This document shows positions 48,019 to 58,412 of a stretch of DNA of 64,000 nt, in pieces. Source of the stretch: Pseudomonadota bacterium (GTDB lineage Bacteria; Pseudomonadota; Gammaproteobacteria; Steroidobacterales; Steroidobacteraceae); NCBI GenBank assembly GCA_021851405.1, contig JAJZDW010000023.1, forward strand, positions 718 through 64,717. Direction: 5' to 3'. How positions within the stretch are numbered: the stretch's first letter is position 1; every line of letters begins with the position of its first letter. The notes under the pieces were generated by a model that searched no databases, was not told where the DNA came from, and saw only the letters and a program-made list of their open reading frames with translations. Position numbers and translations under genes: made by a program.

Positions 48019-49131
48019 TCACGAGCGGCAGAGGGCGCGATCCCGGATCGCTTTCGGCTCGTGCGCCAGGCGGCGGGCGGCGGCATAGAAGCGCGCCAGG
48101 TCGCCGTGCTCGCGGTGCAGCAGTCGCTCGAATCCCGGCAGACAGTCGTAATAGGTGCCGACCGAGACCAGATCGGCATTGTTCAAGCCCTGGCGGATCC
48201 AACGGTCGTAGAGTGCCGCGCGCACCTGCAGGCGTTGCTCGAGCGAGCGGATCTGCGCGGCCAGGCGCGCGAAGACCGCATGCTTGCGCCGGAGCATCTG
48301 TGCGCGGGGGATGCCCGAGGCGTACAGGCGCGCGAGCCGGCGGCGCGTGCCGCGCAGCAGAGTGGCGAAGGCGCGGTCGGCAGCATCCAGATGTTCGAAC
48401 ATCTGGATGCGCTGCGGTTCGTGTCGATATCGCAACCAGCGCTTCAGGCCGGTGTTTTCCACCGTCATCGCAAATGCTTCGTCGAAGCGCGAGTCATCGG
48501 GTACGTACAGCAGCTGGTGCGCGAGCTCATGAAAGATCATGGCCGCGAGCTCGTCGCTGCCGTAGCGCATCATGGTGCTCATGACCGGGTCCGGTAGACG
48601 GCCGAGCGTCGAGTAGGCCGGCACGCCCTCGACCAGGACGTCGTAGCCGCGGCGTTTGAGGCGAGCGGCGAACGACCGGGCGGCATGCTCGTGAAAATAG
48701 CCGCGATACGCAACACAGCCGGCGATCGGAAAACACCACTGCTTGGGTTGGACGGAGAACCGCGGTGCCGCCACGACGTTCCACACCACGTAGCGGCGGT
48801 GCAGGCGCACGTAGCTGCGGTAGCTGTCGTTGTTCGGCAGGCCGAGCTGCTGGGAGGCGAAGCGGCGGGCGGCCCGCACCGCCCCGAGCTCTCGCACCAG
48901 CGGCTGCGGGGCGTCTGGTGCGTCGATGACATCGACGATGGAGCGCCGATCGTGCATGACGTGCCATTCGCCAACCGCGGCCTGCAGGAGATAGGCGGTG
49001 CTGGCACAACCCCCGAGTGCACCGAGCGTGAGGACGGCGAGGAGGAGCCGAACCGTTGCGGCGGCAGGCCGCAGGCGGCAGGGTGAAAGGGGCGTGGGGC
49101 CCACCGGGCGGGTGCTCGAGTCGGTTACCAT
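48019..49131 (-). CDS. predicted zinc aminopeptidase lipoprotein (PF10023-like)
   Basis: 370 aa with a lipobox LGALGGC and the metallopeptidase motif IFHELAHQ. Confidence 0.7.
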   Translation of the reverse strand: MVTDSSTRPVGPTPLSPCRLRPAAATVRLLLAVLTLGALGGCASTAYLLQAAVGEWHVMHDRRSIVDVIDAPDAPQPLVRELGAVRAARRFASQQLGLPNNDSYRSYVRLHRRYVVWNVVAAPRFSVQPKQWCFPIAGCVAYRGYFHEHAARSFAARLKRRGYDVLVEGVPAYSTLGRLPDPVMSTMMRYGSDELAAMIFHELAHQLLYVPDDSRFDEAFAMTVENTGLKRWLRYRHEPQRIQMFEHLDAADRAFATLLRGTRRRLARLYASGIPRAQMLRRKHAVFARLAAQIRSLEQRLQVRAALYDRWIRQGLNNADLVSVGTYYDCLPGFERLLHREHGDLARFYAAARRLAHEPKAIRDRALCRS

Positions 49132-49137
49132 GGGTGC

Positions 49138-50352
49138 ATGGAAGTCTACCTAGTCGGCGGCGCGGTGCGGGACCGGTTGCTCGGCCGGCCCGTGCACGAG
49201 CGCGACTGGGTCGTCGTGGGCGCGCGGCCGGAGCAGCTCGAGCGCCAGGGCTATCTGCCCGTGGGACGGGAGTTTCCCGTGTTTCTGCATCCCACGACGC
49301 GCGAGGAATACGCGCTGGCCCGCCTGGAGCGCAAGGTCGCACCGGGCTACCGGGGCTTTACCACGGAGTTCTCGCCCGAGGTGACGCTGCAGGAAGATCT
49401 GCGCCGGCGCGATCTGACGGTCAACGCCATGGCCGAGAGTGCCGCGGGCGAGATCATTGATCCGTACGGAGGCCAGCGCGATCTTCAGGCGCGCCTGCTG
49501 CGCCATGTTTCGGCGGCATTCGTCGAGGATCCGGTGCGCGTGCTGCGCGTGGCGCGTTTCGCCGCCCGCTACGCGCCGCTGGGTTTTCGCGTCGCGCCCG
49601 AGACGCTCGCGCTGATGCACCAGATGAGCGAATCGGGCGAACTCGGCGCGCTCGTGCCCGAGCGGGTGTGGCAGGAGACCGAACGGGCGCTCGGGGAGCC
49701 CCGGCCGGACGTATTTTTCGAGACGCTGCGCGAGTGCGGCGCGCTGAGCGTGATCTTTCCGGAGGTGGCGGCGCTCTACGGGGTACCTCAGCCGGCCAAG
49801 TGGCACCCGGAGATCGACACCGGCGTGCACGTGATGCTGGCCCTGCGCTGGGCTGCGGATGCTGACCTGTCCACACCGGCGCGCTTCGCCGTGCTCATGC
49901 ACGATCTGGGCAAGGCGTGCACCGCGGCGGAGCGCTGGCCGAGCCATCATGGTCACGAGGAGGCCGGTGTGCCGCTCATCGAGGCGGCGTGCGCCCGCCT
50001 GCGCGCCCCGAATGCCTATCGCGAACTCGCCGTGCTGACGGCCCGCTATCACGCACAGGTGCACCGCGCCGAGCAGCTGCGTCCGAGCACCGTGCTGCAG
50101 TTGCTTGAGGCGACGGACGCACTGCGCCGACCGGAGCGGTTCGAAGAGCTGTTGCGCGCCTGCGAGGCCGACGCTCGCGGCCGCGCTGGACTGCAAGCGA
50201 TGCCGTACCCGCAGGCGGAGTATCTCCGTCGCGCGCGTGCCGCGGCGGCGGCCGTCGTGCTTGGCAGCGAAGAGCGCCGCGGGCTGGCCGGTCCGGCGAT
50301 CGGCGAGAAGATCCGGACGCGGCGGCTGGAGGCGATCGGCGCCCTGCACTGA
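49138..50352 (+). CDS. cca: multifunctional CCA-adding enzyme
   Basis: 404 aa with the nucleotidyltransferase motifs [13 protein letters not shown] and RRDLTVNA plus the HD-domain motif VLMHDLGK. Confidence 0.9.
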   Translation: MEVYLVGGAVRDRLLGRPVHERDWVVVGARPEQLERQGYLPVGREFPVFLHPTTREEYALARLERKVAPGYRGFTTEFSPEVTLQEDLRRRDLTVNAMAESAAGEIIDPYGGQRDLQARLLRHVSAAFVEDPVRVLRVARFAARYAPLGFRVAPETLALMHQMSESGELGALVPERVWQETERALGEPRPDVFFETLRECGALSVIFPEVAALYGVPQPAKWHPEIDTGVHVMLALRWAADADLSTPARFAVLMHDLGKACTAAERWPSHHGHEEAGVPLIEAACARLRAPNAYRELAVLTARYHAQVHRAEQLRPSTVLQLLEATDALRRPERFEELLRACEADARGRAGLQAMPYPQAEYLRRARAAAAAVVLGSEERRGLAGPAIGEKIRTRRLEAIGALH

Positions 50353-50386
50353 TTCTGGCACGCGATCTGAGCACGGGCTGCGCTAG

Positions 50387-50884
50387 CATGGAGGTTGGCG
50401 AGGCACTGCACCTAAGGATCAAGGGGGTGGGAGGGGCTTTGTCCGGCAACACACCGAAGCGCGCTCACGGGCCGAGCCTGCTGATGGCGGTGGGGGTGCT
50501 CGCGAGCGCCACTACGTCGTCCTCACCGATCCGCTGCCGGGCGCCTTTGAGGCGGTCAATCATCAGCTCGCCACGGCCGACATGACCGCGCCGCAGCACA
50601 CCCCGGGCGACACGACACTGTGGTTCAATGACGGCGCATGGCCGGATGACTCGATGACGACCAGCGGGTTCTACCACCGGCAGATCGGGCGCGGTGTCGT
50701 GCGCTTCTATGCCGATCGATTGCCGGCCGGACGCTATCGACTGATTTACGCCGCCGAGGTCATTGCGCGCGGGCACTTCCTCGCACCGCCGCCGCGAGTG
50801 CACGAGATCTACGCCCCTGAGGTCTACGGACGGGGCCGGGCGCGATACATTGCCGTAGCGCCTGCACCGGTGCACAAGCGCTGA
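50387..50884 (+). pseudogene. C-terminal remnant of a bacterial alpha-2-macroglobulin (YfhM-like) gene
   Basis: This open frame encodes ...RHYVVLTDPLPGAFEAVNHQLATAD...VVRFYADRLPAGRYRLIYAAEVIARGHFLAPPPRVHEIYAPEVYGR. That matches only the last ~130 aa of ~1600-1900-aa A2M proteins. It begins right after the cca stop and sits directly upstream of pbpC, the usual A2M partner. Confidence 0.6.
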
Positions 50885-50888
50885 GGGC

Positions 50889-53067
50889 ATGATGGCGGTG
50901 CGCGCGACGACGCAGCGGCGACTGCGCTGGGCCGGTGCGGCGCTCGCAGTCGCCGCCACGGTTCTCGCCGTGGTCACTCTCTGCGACTTAGCGCCGCTGC
51001 CGGCCACGCTGCCGCCGCTGCGCCGGGTGGCCGAACCGGTGCTGCTCGCGAGCGACGGCACGCCGCTCACCATCGATCGCGCTGGCCGCTTCAACCGCAC
51101 GACGCAACTGCCGCTGACGCCGATCCCGCAACTGCTGCGCACCGCGTTCGTGTTCTCAGAGGACCGGCGGTTCTGGATTCACGGGGGGCAGCGACTGGCG
51201 GGCGCGCTTCGCGGCCCTGTGGCAGAACCTGCGCGCCGGACACATCGTGCGTGGTGCGAGCACTATGGGGGAACAGGCGGCGCGGATTCTGACGGCGCGC
51301 TCGCGCACGTATTGGAACCATTGGCTCGAGGGCCTCGAAGCGGGGCGGCTCATCGGGCGCTTCGGCCATGCCGGGGTTTTGGATTTCTATCTAAATCAGG
51401 TGCCCTATGGGGCTGAGCGGCGCGGGATCGCGCCGGCGGCGGGGTATGACTTCGGCGCGCGGGTCGGGGCACTCGATCCGGCCGAAGAACTGGCGCTGGT
51501 GGTCCTGGTGCGCTCGCCCGTGGCGCTCAACCCACGGCATCACCCGCGCGAGTTGCGCCGAGTGGTCGATTCCTTGGCCGAGCGCATGCGCCGCAAAGGC
51601 GTGCTCGGCCCGGGCACGCTGCGCGCCATCCTGCACTCCCCGCTCGTGACGGTGGCACCGGCGCAGCTGCCGGTGATCGCCGGTGGGTTCGTCGCATTCG
51701 TGCGTGAGCGTATCCGGGCGCTCAGGCTGCGCGGGCGGCATTTCACGACCACGCTCGATGCGCCGCTCGAGCGATTCGTACAGCGAACGCTGACGTTGCG
51801 GGTGGCCGATCTGGCGGCCCGCGGCGTGCGCAACGGCGCGGCGCTCGTGGTCGACAATCGCCGCGGCACGGTGCTCGCATGGGCGGGCGCACCGCCCGTC
51901 GCCGCAGGTGCTCTCGATCCGGTCATGATCCCCCGTCAACCCGGCTCGACGCTCAAACCTTTCCTGTACTCCCTGGCCATGGAGCGGCTCGGCTGGCAGC
52001 CGAGTACCGTGCTGCGTGACAGGCCACTCAGCGCCCGAATCGGTCAAGGCGTGCACGAGTATCGAAACTACAGCAACCGCTTCTACGGCAAGGTCAGCTT
52101 GCGGTACGCGCTCGGCAACTCGCTGAACATCCCGGCGGTGGAAACCGCCCAAGCCGTGGGTGTCGCGCGTTTCATCCGGCTGCTCGCGCGACTCGGCATC
52201 ACCACTCTGCGCCGGCCGGCGGGGTATTACGGTCCGGCGGTCGCCATCGGCGACGGACCGGTGAGCCTGTATCAACTGGTACAAGCGTACGCGACGCTCG
52301 CACGGCGCGGAGGATTCATGCCATTGCGGGTGCTGCGCGACGGTCCGCGCGCAAAGCCCGAGCCGGTGTTGTCCTCGGCGGTGACCTCGGTCATTGCCAC
52401 GATCCTCTCCGATCCGGATGCGCGCAGCGCGGAGTTCGGGCCGTACAGTGTCCTCGATCTGCCGTTCCCAACCGCGGTGAAGACCGGCACGTCCAGCGAC
52501 TTTCACGACGCACTGGCGGTGGGGTTCGACAACCAGTACACCGTGGGCGTGTGGATGGGCCGGCTATCCGGCGGCAACATGCAGACGATCACCGGGGCGG
52601 CCGGTCCTGCCCCCGTGCTGCGGGCGATTTTTGCGTATTTGCGTCAGCGCCAGCCGTACGCAGGCTTGTGGCGCAGCCCCGAACTGCGTCGGGTGCGTGT
52701 CTGCGAGCGCATCGGTCCTGGCCCGTGCATCCGGCGCGGGGACTGGCAGTTGCCGAACGAGGTGCCGCACGCCTCTGCGATGCCAGTGCCGCGCGAACTC
52801 GCGATCGCCCGTCCGGTGCACGGGGAGCTGCTCGCCATCGATCCGCGCATTCCGCGCGCTGATCAGGTTTATACGTTCCGCATCGTCGGCGGGCGTGCGG
52901 TGCGCTCGGTGACCTGGATCCTGGATGGGCACGTGCTGGGCCGCACTCGCGCTCTGCGGATCGCCTGGCCGCTGGCGTGCGGACCGCACCAGCTCGCGGC
53001 GCGGGTAGGACTCGGCGCTGCCGCGCCTGCGGTCGAACTCGGGCCGGTGCCCTTCACCGTCGAGTGA
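50889..53067 (+). pseudogene. pbpC: penicillin-binding protein 1C, interrupted by a frameshift in a G6 run (51183..51188)
   Basis: ORF 50889..51416 carries the TM anchor and GT51 motif 1 (SEDRRFWIHGG), then becomes unrelated sequence. The +1 frame continues with DWRARFAALWQNLRAGHIVRGASTMGEQ (GT51 motif 2) and runs through the transpeptidase domain to 53067. Removing one G restores HGGSDW. Confidence 0.75.
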
Positions 53068-53095
53068 GGCGTTCGGGGATACCGCCGCGCTGCGC

Positions 53096-54022
53096 TCAGC
53101 TTTGTGCGGGCTGCGATCCGGCAGTGCGCGGCGGCGCCAGATAGGTCGGCAGGAGCTCCAGCAACGCGTGGCGCGCCAGTCCCAGGCGCTCGAATCCATC
53201 CTCGGCGCACACGCTGTCGCGCATTAGGGAGCGGAAATTGTCGAGCGTGAAGGGCTTGCCGGGCAGACATCCGAGGATCACGCCCTGGAGCCGGGCGAGC
53301 GGGTCGGGCAAGCCAAAGAGGTGACAGGGAAGTCCGGCGACTGCGGCGGTGGTGCGCACGAGCTGCTCGAGGGTCATGATCTGCGGACCTCCGAGCTCGT
53401 AGGTCTGACCTATCGTGCTGCGCGTGGACAGCGCATGGGCGAAGGCAGCGGTGACATCACCGACGTAGACCGGTGCGAAGCGCGCCTGCGCACGGGCGAG
53501 CGGCAACCAGCCGTGCGACAGCCGCAGCAGGCCGGCGAAGCGGTTGGTGAGCGAATCGTCGGGCCCGAAGATGACCGAGGGCCGGAAGATCGTGAAGTCC
53601 ACCGGCGCGGATGCGGCGTGCACCAGCGCCTCCGCCTCCGCTTTGCTGCGCAGGTACCGGCTGGGGCCGTGCGGATCGGCACCGAGCGAGCTCATGTGCA
53701 GCAGGCGGCGAACGCGACCTGCCTTCAAGGCGTCAATCAGCTTCGCGGTGAGCTGCACGTGCGCGCGCTGAAACGTATTGCCGCCGTGCTCATTCAAGAT
53801 GCCGACGAGGTTGACTACCGCATCCATGCCCTCGACCAGCCGGTCAAGATCACGCCGGTCGTGCACGTCGGCGCGGATCAACCGAACCGTCGGCAATACT
53901 TGCAAGGCCTGGTGCCGGTCCGGATGGCGGGTCGGCACGCGTACCCAGTGGCCGGCGTCGCTGAGGCGGTTGACGAGCGCGGTGCCGACGAATCCGGTTC
54001 CGCCGAGGACGCAAATGTTCAT
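53096..54022 (-). CDS. NAD(P)-binding NDUFA9-like / NmrA-type epimerase-family protein
   Basis: 308 aa from ATG 54022 (MNICVLGGTGFVGTALV...), an extended-SDR pattern. Confidence 0.75.
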   Translation of the reverse strand: MNICVLGGTGFVGTALVNRLSDAGHWVRVPTRHPDRHQALQVLPTVRLIRADVHDRRDLDRLVEGMDAVVNLVGILNEHGGNTFQRAHVQLTAKLIDALKAGRVRRLLHMSSLGADPHGPSRYLRSKAEAEALVHAASAPVDFTIFRPSVIFGPDDSLTNRFAGLLRLSHGWLPLARAQARFAPVYVGDVTAAFAHALSTRSTIGQTYELGGPQIMTLEQLVRTTAAVAGLPCHLFGLPDPLARLQGVILGCLPGKPFTLDNFRSLMRDSVCAEDGFERLGLARHALLELLPTYLAPPRTAGSQPAQS

Positions 54023-54130
54023 CTGCGCTGCCATCGGTGCCAATCCTCTCCGCTACGCCGCACAGCGGCACGCGGCGAATTCTACGCCCCGGGGAGGCGT
54101 GCCGGCTCCCCGGGGCGTAGCGTCGATCGG

Positions 54131-54568
54131 TCAGGCTGCGCGCACCTCGATGGTGCGCGGTTGCAGTTGCGGCTGCTTTGGAATCACCACTTCCAGCACG
54201 CCGTGCGCCTGCCGGGCGGCGATCCGTTCCACGTCAGCTCCCTCCGGCAGCATGAAGGAGCGCAAGAACGTCCCCGTGCGTCGCTCGAGGCGCTGGCGCG
54301 CATTACTCTGCGGCGCTTCGCGTGAGCGCTTCTCGCCGCGGATCGTGAGCAAACCCTGGTCGGCGGTGATGCGGATGTCTTTCGGTTCGACACCCGGAAC
54401 GTCTGCGACCACCACGTAGCGTTCGGCTTCTTCGTGAATGTCGACCTGCGGGATCCACGCGGCGTCCGCCGCAGCGGCGCTCTCGTCGGTTCCCGTCGAA
54501 AACGCCTGATCCAGCTGGCGCTGCAGGCTGTCGATGAGCGTCCAGGGCTGATAGCGAACAACAGTCAT
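54131..54568 (-). CDS. Hsp20/alpha-crystallin small heat-shock protein
   Basis: 145 aa with the alpha-crystallin domain WIPQVDIHEEAERYVVVADVPGVEPKDIRITADQGLLTIRGEK...GVLEVVIPK. Confidence 0.9.
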   Translation of the reverse strand: MTVVRYQPWTLIDSLQRQLDQAFSTGTDESAAAADAAWIPQVDIHEEAERYVVVADVPGVEPKDIRITADQGLLTIRGEKRSREAPQSNARQRLERRTGTFLRSFMLPEGADVERIAARQAHGVLEVVIPKQPQLQPRTIEVRAA

Positions 54569-54627
54569 GATTCAACCTCCAATGATAGTGGTGTCAGGTT
54601 GTGGCACCGTGAATCTCGTTGGAACGG

Positions 54628-54655
54628 ATCTGTGGCCGGTGCGAAATTTTTCAAG
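54628..54655 (-). promoter_or_regulatory. sigma-32-like heat-shock promoter for hsp20
   Basis: The minus strand reads CTTGAAA-N13-CCACAGAT (consensus CTTGAAA-N13-15-CCCCATNT), about 60 nt upstream of the hsp20 ATG. Confidence 0.45.
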
Positions 54656-54863
54656 CCTCGACAGCAACGCCGGAGTGCCTCATCGAGCAGGGCGGCGGCT
54701 GTGCACAAGCTGTGGATTTTTGCCGGATACAATATCTTGGGGTTATGGGATCGACGGTCGGACCCCCCTTGTGGAAAAAAATCCCGCCCCCCGGACGGGC
54801 GACATTGCCATAACTGATTGTTTTAAAAAGCATTAATAAATCACCCGCTGCGCGCCCAAAATC

Positions 54864-54892
54864 TTGACGAAGAGGCAGGTGCTCATTAGGCT
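54864..54892 (+). promoter_or_regulatory. sigma-70-like promoter upstream of nrdJa
   Basis: TTGACG-N17-TAGGCT, preceded by an AT-rich tract (ttgttttaaaaagcattaataaat). Confidence 0.35.
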
Positions 54893-54902
54893 CTTTACCC
54901 CG

Positions 54903-54918
54903 ACACAAGATCTTGTGT
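54903..54918 (+). promoter_or_regulatory. NrdR box 1
   Basis: ACACAAGATCTTGTGT is a perfect 16-bp palindrome matching the NrdR-box consensus acaCwAtATaTwGtgt. It lies just downstream of the putative -10. Confidence 0.6.
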
Positions 54919-54932
54919 CTGCCCTCGGCGGC

Positions 54933-54948
54933 ACACGAGATCGCGCGT
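54933..54948 (+). promoter_or_regulatory. NrdR box 2 (degenerate)
   Basis: ACACGAGATCGCGCGT is an imperfect palindrome centred 30 bp from box 1. Tandem boxes about three helical turns apart are typical of NrdR operators. Confidence 0.4.
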
Positions 54949-55079
54949 TCGGGGAGGCTCAGGGGGATACAGGCTGTGGATCGGCGTATCGGCAGCTCCG
55001 GTGCGCGCAGCCCCGCGCTTTCCGCGCCGCCCGTATTCCCTGTGATCCGGTGTGCAGACACTAGGGGCGCCGCGGACAC

Positions 55080-57227
55080 ATGAATACCGTCGTGAAAATT
55101 GAATCTAAGGACATTGACGCCATTCCCTTCCAGGAGGCGTCAATCGACATTTGGGACAAGAAATACCGTCTGACTGCGAAGGACGGTACGGCCATCGACA
55201 AGTCGATGGACGACACCTACAAGCGCGTGGCACGCGCGCTGGCGGACGTCGAGCGGGAGAACCTGCGCGATCATTGGAACGAGCGGTTCCTCTGGGCTCT
55301 GCGCCGTGGCGCCATCCCGGCCGGCCGCGTCACGTCCAACGCCGGTGCGCTCGAGCATAAGCCGGCGACCTCGACCATCAATTGCACCGTCTCGGGGACC
55401 ATCGAGGATTCGATGGACAACATCCTCGGCAAGGTGCACGAGGCGGGCCTGACCCTGAAAGCCGGTTGCGGCATCGGTTATGAATTCTCCACACTCCGTC
55501 CGCGCGGCGCGTACGTGTCCGGCGCGGGCGCCTACACGTCCGGTCCGCTGTCGTTCATGGATATCTTCGACAAGATGTGCTTCACCGTCTCCTCGGCCGG
55601 TGGCAGGCGCGGGGCGCAGATGGGCACGTTCGACGTCGGCCATCCGGACGCCATGGAGTTCATCAAGGCCAAGCGCGAGAACGGGCGGCTGCGCCAGTTC
55701 AATCTATCGCTGCTGATCACTGATGAGTTCATGCAGGCGGTGCGCCAGAACAGTGAGTGGAAGCTCGCGTTCCCACTGTCGCGCAAGGAGTACGAGTCGG
55801 ACCAGCCCGACCTTGCCGACGACAGCAAGTTCGTCTGGCGCGAGTGGCCGGTGCACGACAAGTATGTGGTCAATGAGCACGGACTGGTCGCTTGCAAGAT
55901 CTACAAGACAGTGCCGGCGCGGCGCATGTGGGACGTCATCATGACGTCGACGTACGATTTTGCCGAGCCGGGCTTCATCCTCATCGACCGCGTCAATGAG
56001 ATGAACAACAACTGGTGGTGCGAGAACATTCGGGCCACCAACCCGTGCGGCGAACAGCCGCTGCCGCCTTACGGCAGCTGCCTGCTCGGTTCGGTGAACC
56101 TGACCCGCTTCGTACGCGACCCGTTCACCGATCATGCCCGCTTCGACTGGGACGAGTACCGCGAGGTCGTCAAGATCTTCGCCCGCATGCTCGACAACGT
56201 GGTCGAGATCAACGGCCTGCCGCTCGAACAGCAGCGTGGCGAAATCATCCGCAAGCGGCGCCACGGCATGGGCTTCCTCGGGCTCGGCAGTGCGCTCACG
56301 CTGCTTGGACTCAAATACGGCTCGGCCGATTCGGTGAAGTTCACCGAAGATGTCGCGCGTGAGATGGCGCTCGCCGGTTGGGAGGAGGCCCTTGAGCTTG
56401 CGCGTGAGAAGGGCCCTGCGCCCATCATGACTGAGCAGTTCACGGTCACCAGCGAGATGCTGCGCAAGCGCCCGGAGATGGTCCGTGACGGCTTGAAGAT
56501 CGGCGATCAGGTGTCGGGACGGGTTCTGCACGCGAAGTACAGCCGATACATGCAGCGTATCGCGGAAATCGCACCGAAACTCGTCGAGCAACTCGCGGAG
56601 ACCGGTGCGCGCTACACGCACCACACCTCGATCGCTCCCACCGGAACGATCTCACTGTCGCTCGCCAACAATGCGTCGAACGGCATCGAGCCTTCGTTCG
56701 CGCATCACTACTTCCGTAACGTGATCCGTCCGGGGCGCAAGACGAAGGAGAAGATTGGAGTCTGCTCCTTCGAGCTGCTGGCCTATCGCGAACTGGTCAA
56801 TCCCAGTGCGACGCCGGATGCGAGCGCGGACCCGGAGAAGCTACCGGATTACTTCATCGCTTCCGAGGACGTCACGCCGAAGCAACATGTCGACGTCCAG
56901 GCGGCCGCTCAGCGCTGGGTGGATTCGTCGATCTCGAAGACGGCGAATGTGCCCACCGACTTCCCGTACGAGCAGTTCAAGGACATCTACCTTTACGCCC
57001 ACGAGCAGGGGCTCAAGGGCTGCACGACGTTCCGCTTCAACCCAGAGGCCTTCCAGGGCGTGCTGGTGAAGGAGCAGGACCTGAAGAACACGGTCTACAA
57101 ATTCACCCTCGAGGACGGCACCATCGTCGAGGCGCGCGGTGACGAGGAGATTGAGTACGAGGGCGAGATGCACTCGGCTGCGAATCTTTTCGACAGTCTC
57201 AAGGAAGGGTATTTCGGCAAGTACTGA
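55080..57227 (+). CDS. nrdJa: class II (adenosylcobalamin-dependent) ribonucleotide reductase, large N-terminal subunit of the split form
   Basis: 715 aa with the thiyl-radical loop ATNPCGEQPLPPYGSCLLGS, TSIAPTGTISL and SSISKTANVP. Confidence 0.9.
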   Translation: MNTVVKIESKDIDAIPFQEASIDIWDKKYRLTAKDGTAIDKSMDDTYKRVARALADVERENLRDHWNERFLWALRRGAIPAGRVTSNAGALEHKPATSTINCTVSGTIEDSMDNILGKVHEAGLTLKAGCGIGYEFSTLRPRGAYVSGAGAYTSGPLSFMDIFDKMCFTVSSAGGRRGAQMGTFDVGHPDAMEFIKAKRENGRLRQFNLSLLITDEFMQAVRQNSEWKLAFPLSRKEYESDQPDLADDSKFVWREWPVHDKYVVNEHGLVACKIYKTVPARRMWDVIMTSTYDFAEPGFILIDRVNEMNNNWWCENIRATNPCGEQPLPPYGSCLLGSVNLTRFVRDPFTDHARFDWDEYREVVKIFARMLDNVVEINGLPLEQQRGEIIRKRRHGMGFLGLGSALTLLGLKYGSADSVKFTEDVAREMALAGWEEALELAREKGPAPIMTEQFTVTSEMLRKRPEMVRDGLKIGDQVSGRVLHAKYSRYMQRIAEIAPKLVEQLAETGARYTHHTSIAPTGTISLSLANNASNGIEPSFAHHYFRNVIRPGRKTKEKIGVCSFELLAYRELVNPSATPDASADPEKLPDYFIASEDVTPKQHVDVQAAAQRWVDSSISKTANVPTDFPYEQFKDIYLYAHEQGLKGCTTFRFNPEAFQGVLVKEQDLKNTVYKFTLEDGTIVEARGDEEIEYEGEMHSAANLFDSLKEGYFGKY

Positions 57228-57259
57228 GCCGACAGACCCGCGCATTTCGGACAAAGCAC

Positions 57260-58030
57260 ATGACCATCAAAATCGAGCGCAAAATCGTCAAATACCAGGT
57301 ACAGAAGCCCGACGAGGCGCAGACCGAGAAGGCTGCGGTAGCGCAGGCGGCCAGCCCCGAGCCGGCACCCGCCCCGACACTGCCGCCGTTGCCGACGACG
57401 ACGACGGTCCGTGACAAGCACGGGCACATGGCGCAGGTCATTCGGATGCACGAGAAGCTCGAGCGTCCGGAAGTGCTGATCGGGTCGACGTATAAGATCA
57501 AGACACCGATCTCGGATCACGCCATGTACGTGACCATCAACGACATCGTGCTCAATGAAGATACGGAGTACGAGCAGCGCCGTCCGTTTGAGATCTTCAT
57601 CAACTCGAAGAATCTCGACCACTTCCAGTGGATCGTCGCTCTGACACGCATCATCTCCGCGGTATTCCGCAAAGGTGGCGACGTCACTTTCCTGGTCGAT
57701 GAGCTGAAAGCAGTATTCGATCCGCGCGGCGGCTATTGGCAATCGGGCGGGAAGTTCATGCCCTCGATCATCGCCGAGCTCGGCTACGTCATCGAGCGGC
57801 ACCTGCAGACGATCGGACTGTTGCGCAAGCCGCAACTCGATCAGCATCAGCAAAAGATGGTCGATGAGAAGCGGGCCGAATATGAAGCGCGTACCCGACA
57901 GACGGACGCATTCGCCAAATCAGATTTTCCAGAAGGCGCCCAGTTGTGCGCGAAATGCAGTACGGCTGCCGTAGTGATGATGGACGGCTGCATGACCTGC
58001 CTTAACTGCGGGGAGTCGAAGTGCGGGTGA
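57260..58030 (+). CDS. nrdJb: class II ribonucleotide reductase C-terminal subunit (TSCPD domain)
   Basis: 256 aa with RPEVLIGSTYKIKTP...MYVTIND...PFEIFINSK and the Cys-rich tail CAKCSTAAVVMMDGCMTCLNCGESKCG. It starts 32 nt after nrdJa. Confidence 0.85.
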   Translation: MTIKIERKIVKYQVQKPDEAQTEKAAVAQAASPEPAPAPTLPPLPTTTTVRDKHGHMAQVIRMHEKLERPEVLIGSTYKIKTPISDHAMYVTINDIVLNEDTEYEQRRPFEIFINSKNLDHFQWIVALTRIISAVFRKGGDVTFLVDELKAVFDPRGGYWQSGGKFMPSIIAELGYVIERHLQTIGLLRKPQLDQHQQKMVDEKRAEYEARTRQTDAFAKSDFPEGAQLCAKCSTAAVVMMDGCMTCLNCGESKCG

Positions 58031-58412
58031 CCTGTTGGATGCGGGGCAAGTAGACTCGTTGGGCGTTCCTGTATTACCTGGCGAGCTTCTACGTCCGCGC
58101 GATCCTGACAGGATACGCCCAGAGTCGAATCTGAATCAGTTGCTCCCGCGGGGCTATGTCGCGGGTGACCCGCATTCGGACCTTTACTTCGGTGCGCATG
58201 TCATGCTCGCCGCGATTATCGCGCTCGGCGGCGCCTTCACAGGGCCGTGGATGGTGTGGATACGGCGCGTGGGCCTGGGCGGGGCGCCACTGCGGCCCGC
58301 TCACCGTCAGCCTCGATGCAATCCTGATCGAGTGATCCAGGACAATATTCAACCGTTGGACATGTATGTCTGCAAGAAAGCCGACCACTACTTCACTCTG
58401 GGAGACATACAA

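Noticed and set aside
54569-55079. Cobalamin riboswitch upstream of the B12-dependent nrdJ
   Set aside because: I could not find a B12-box-like core (AGYCMGGAGACCKGCC-type), and cobalamin riboswitches normally control B12-independent isozymes. NrdR boxes explain the regulation better.
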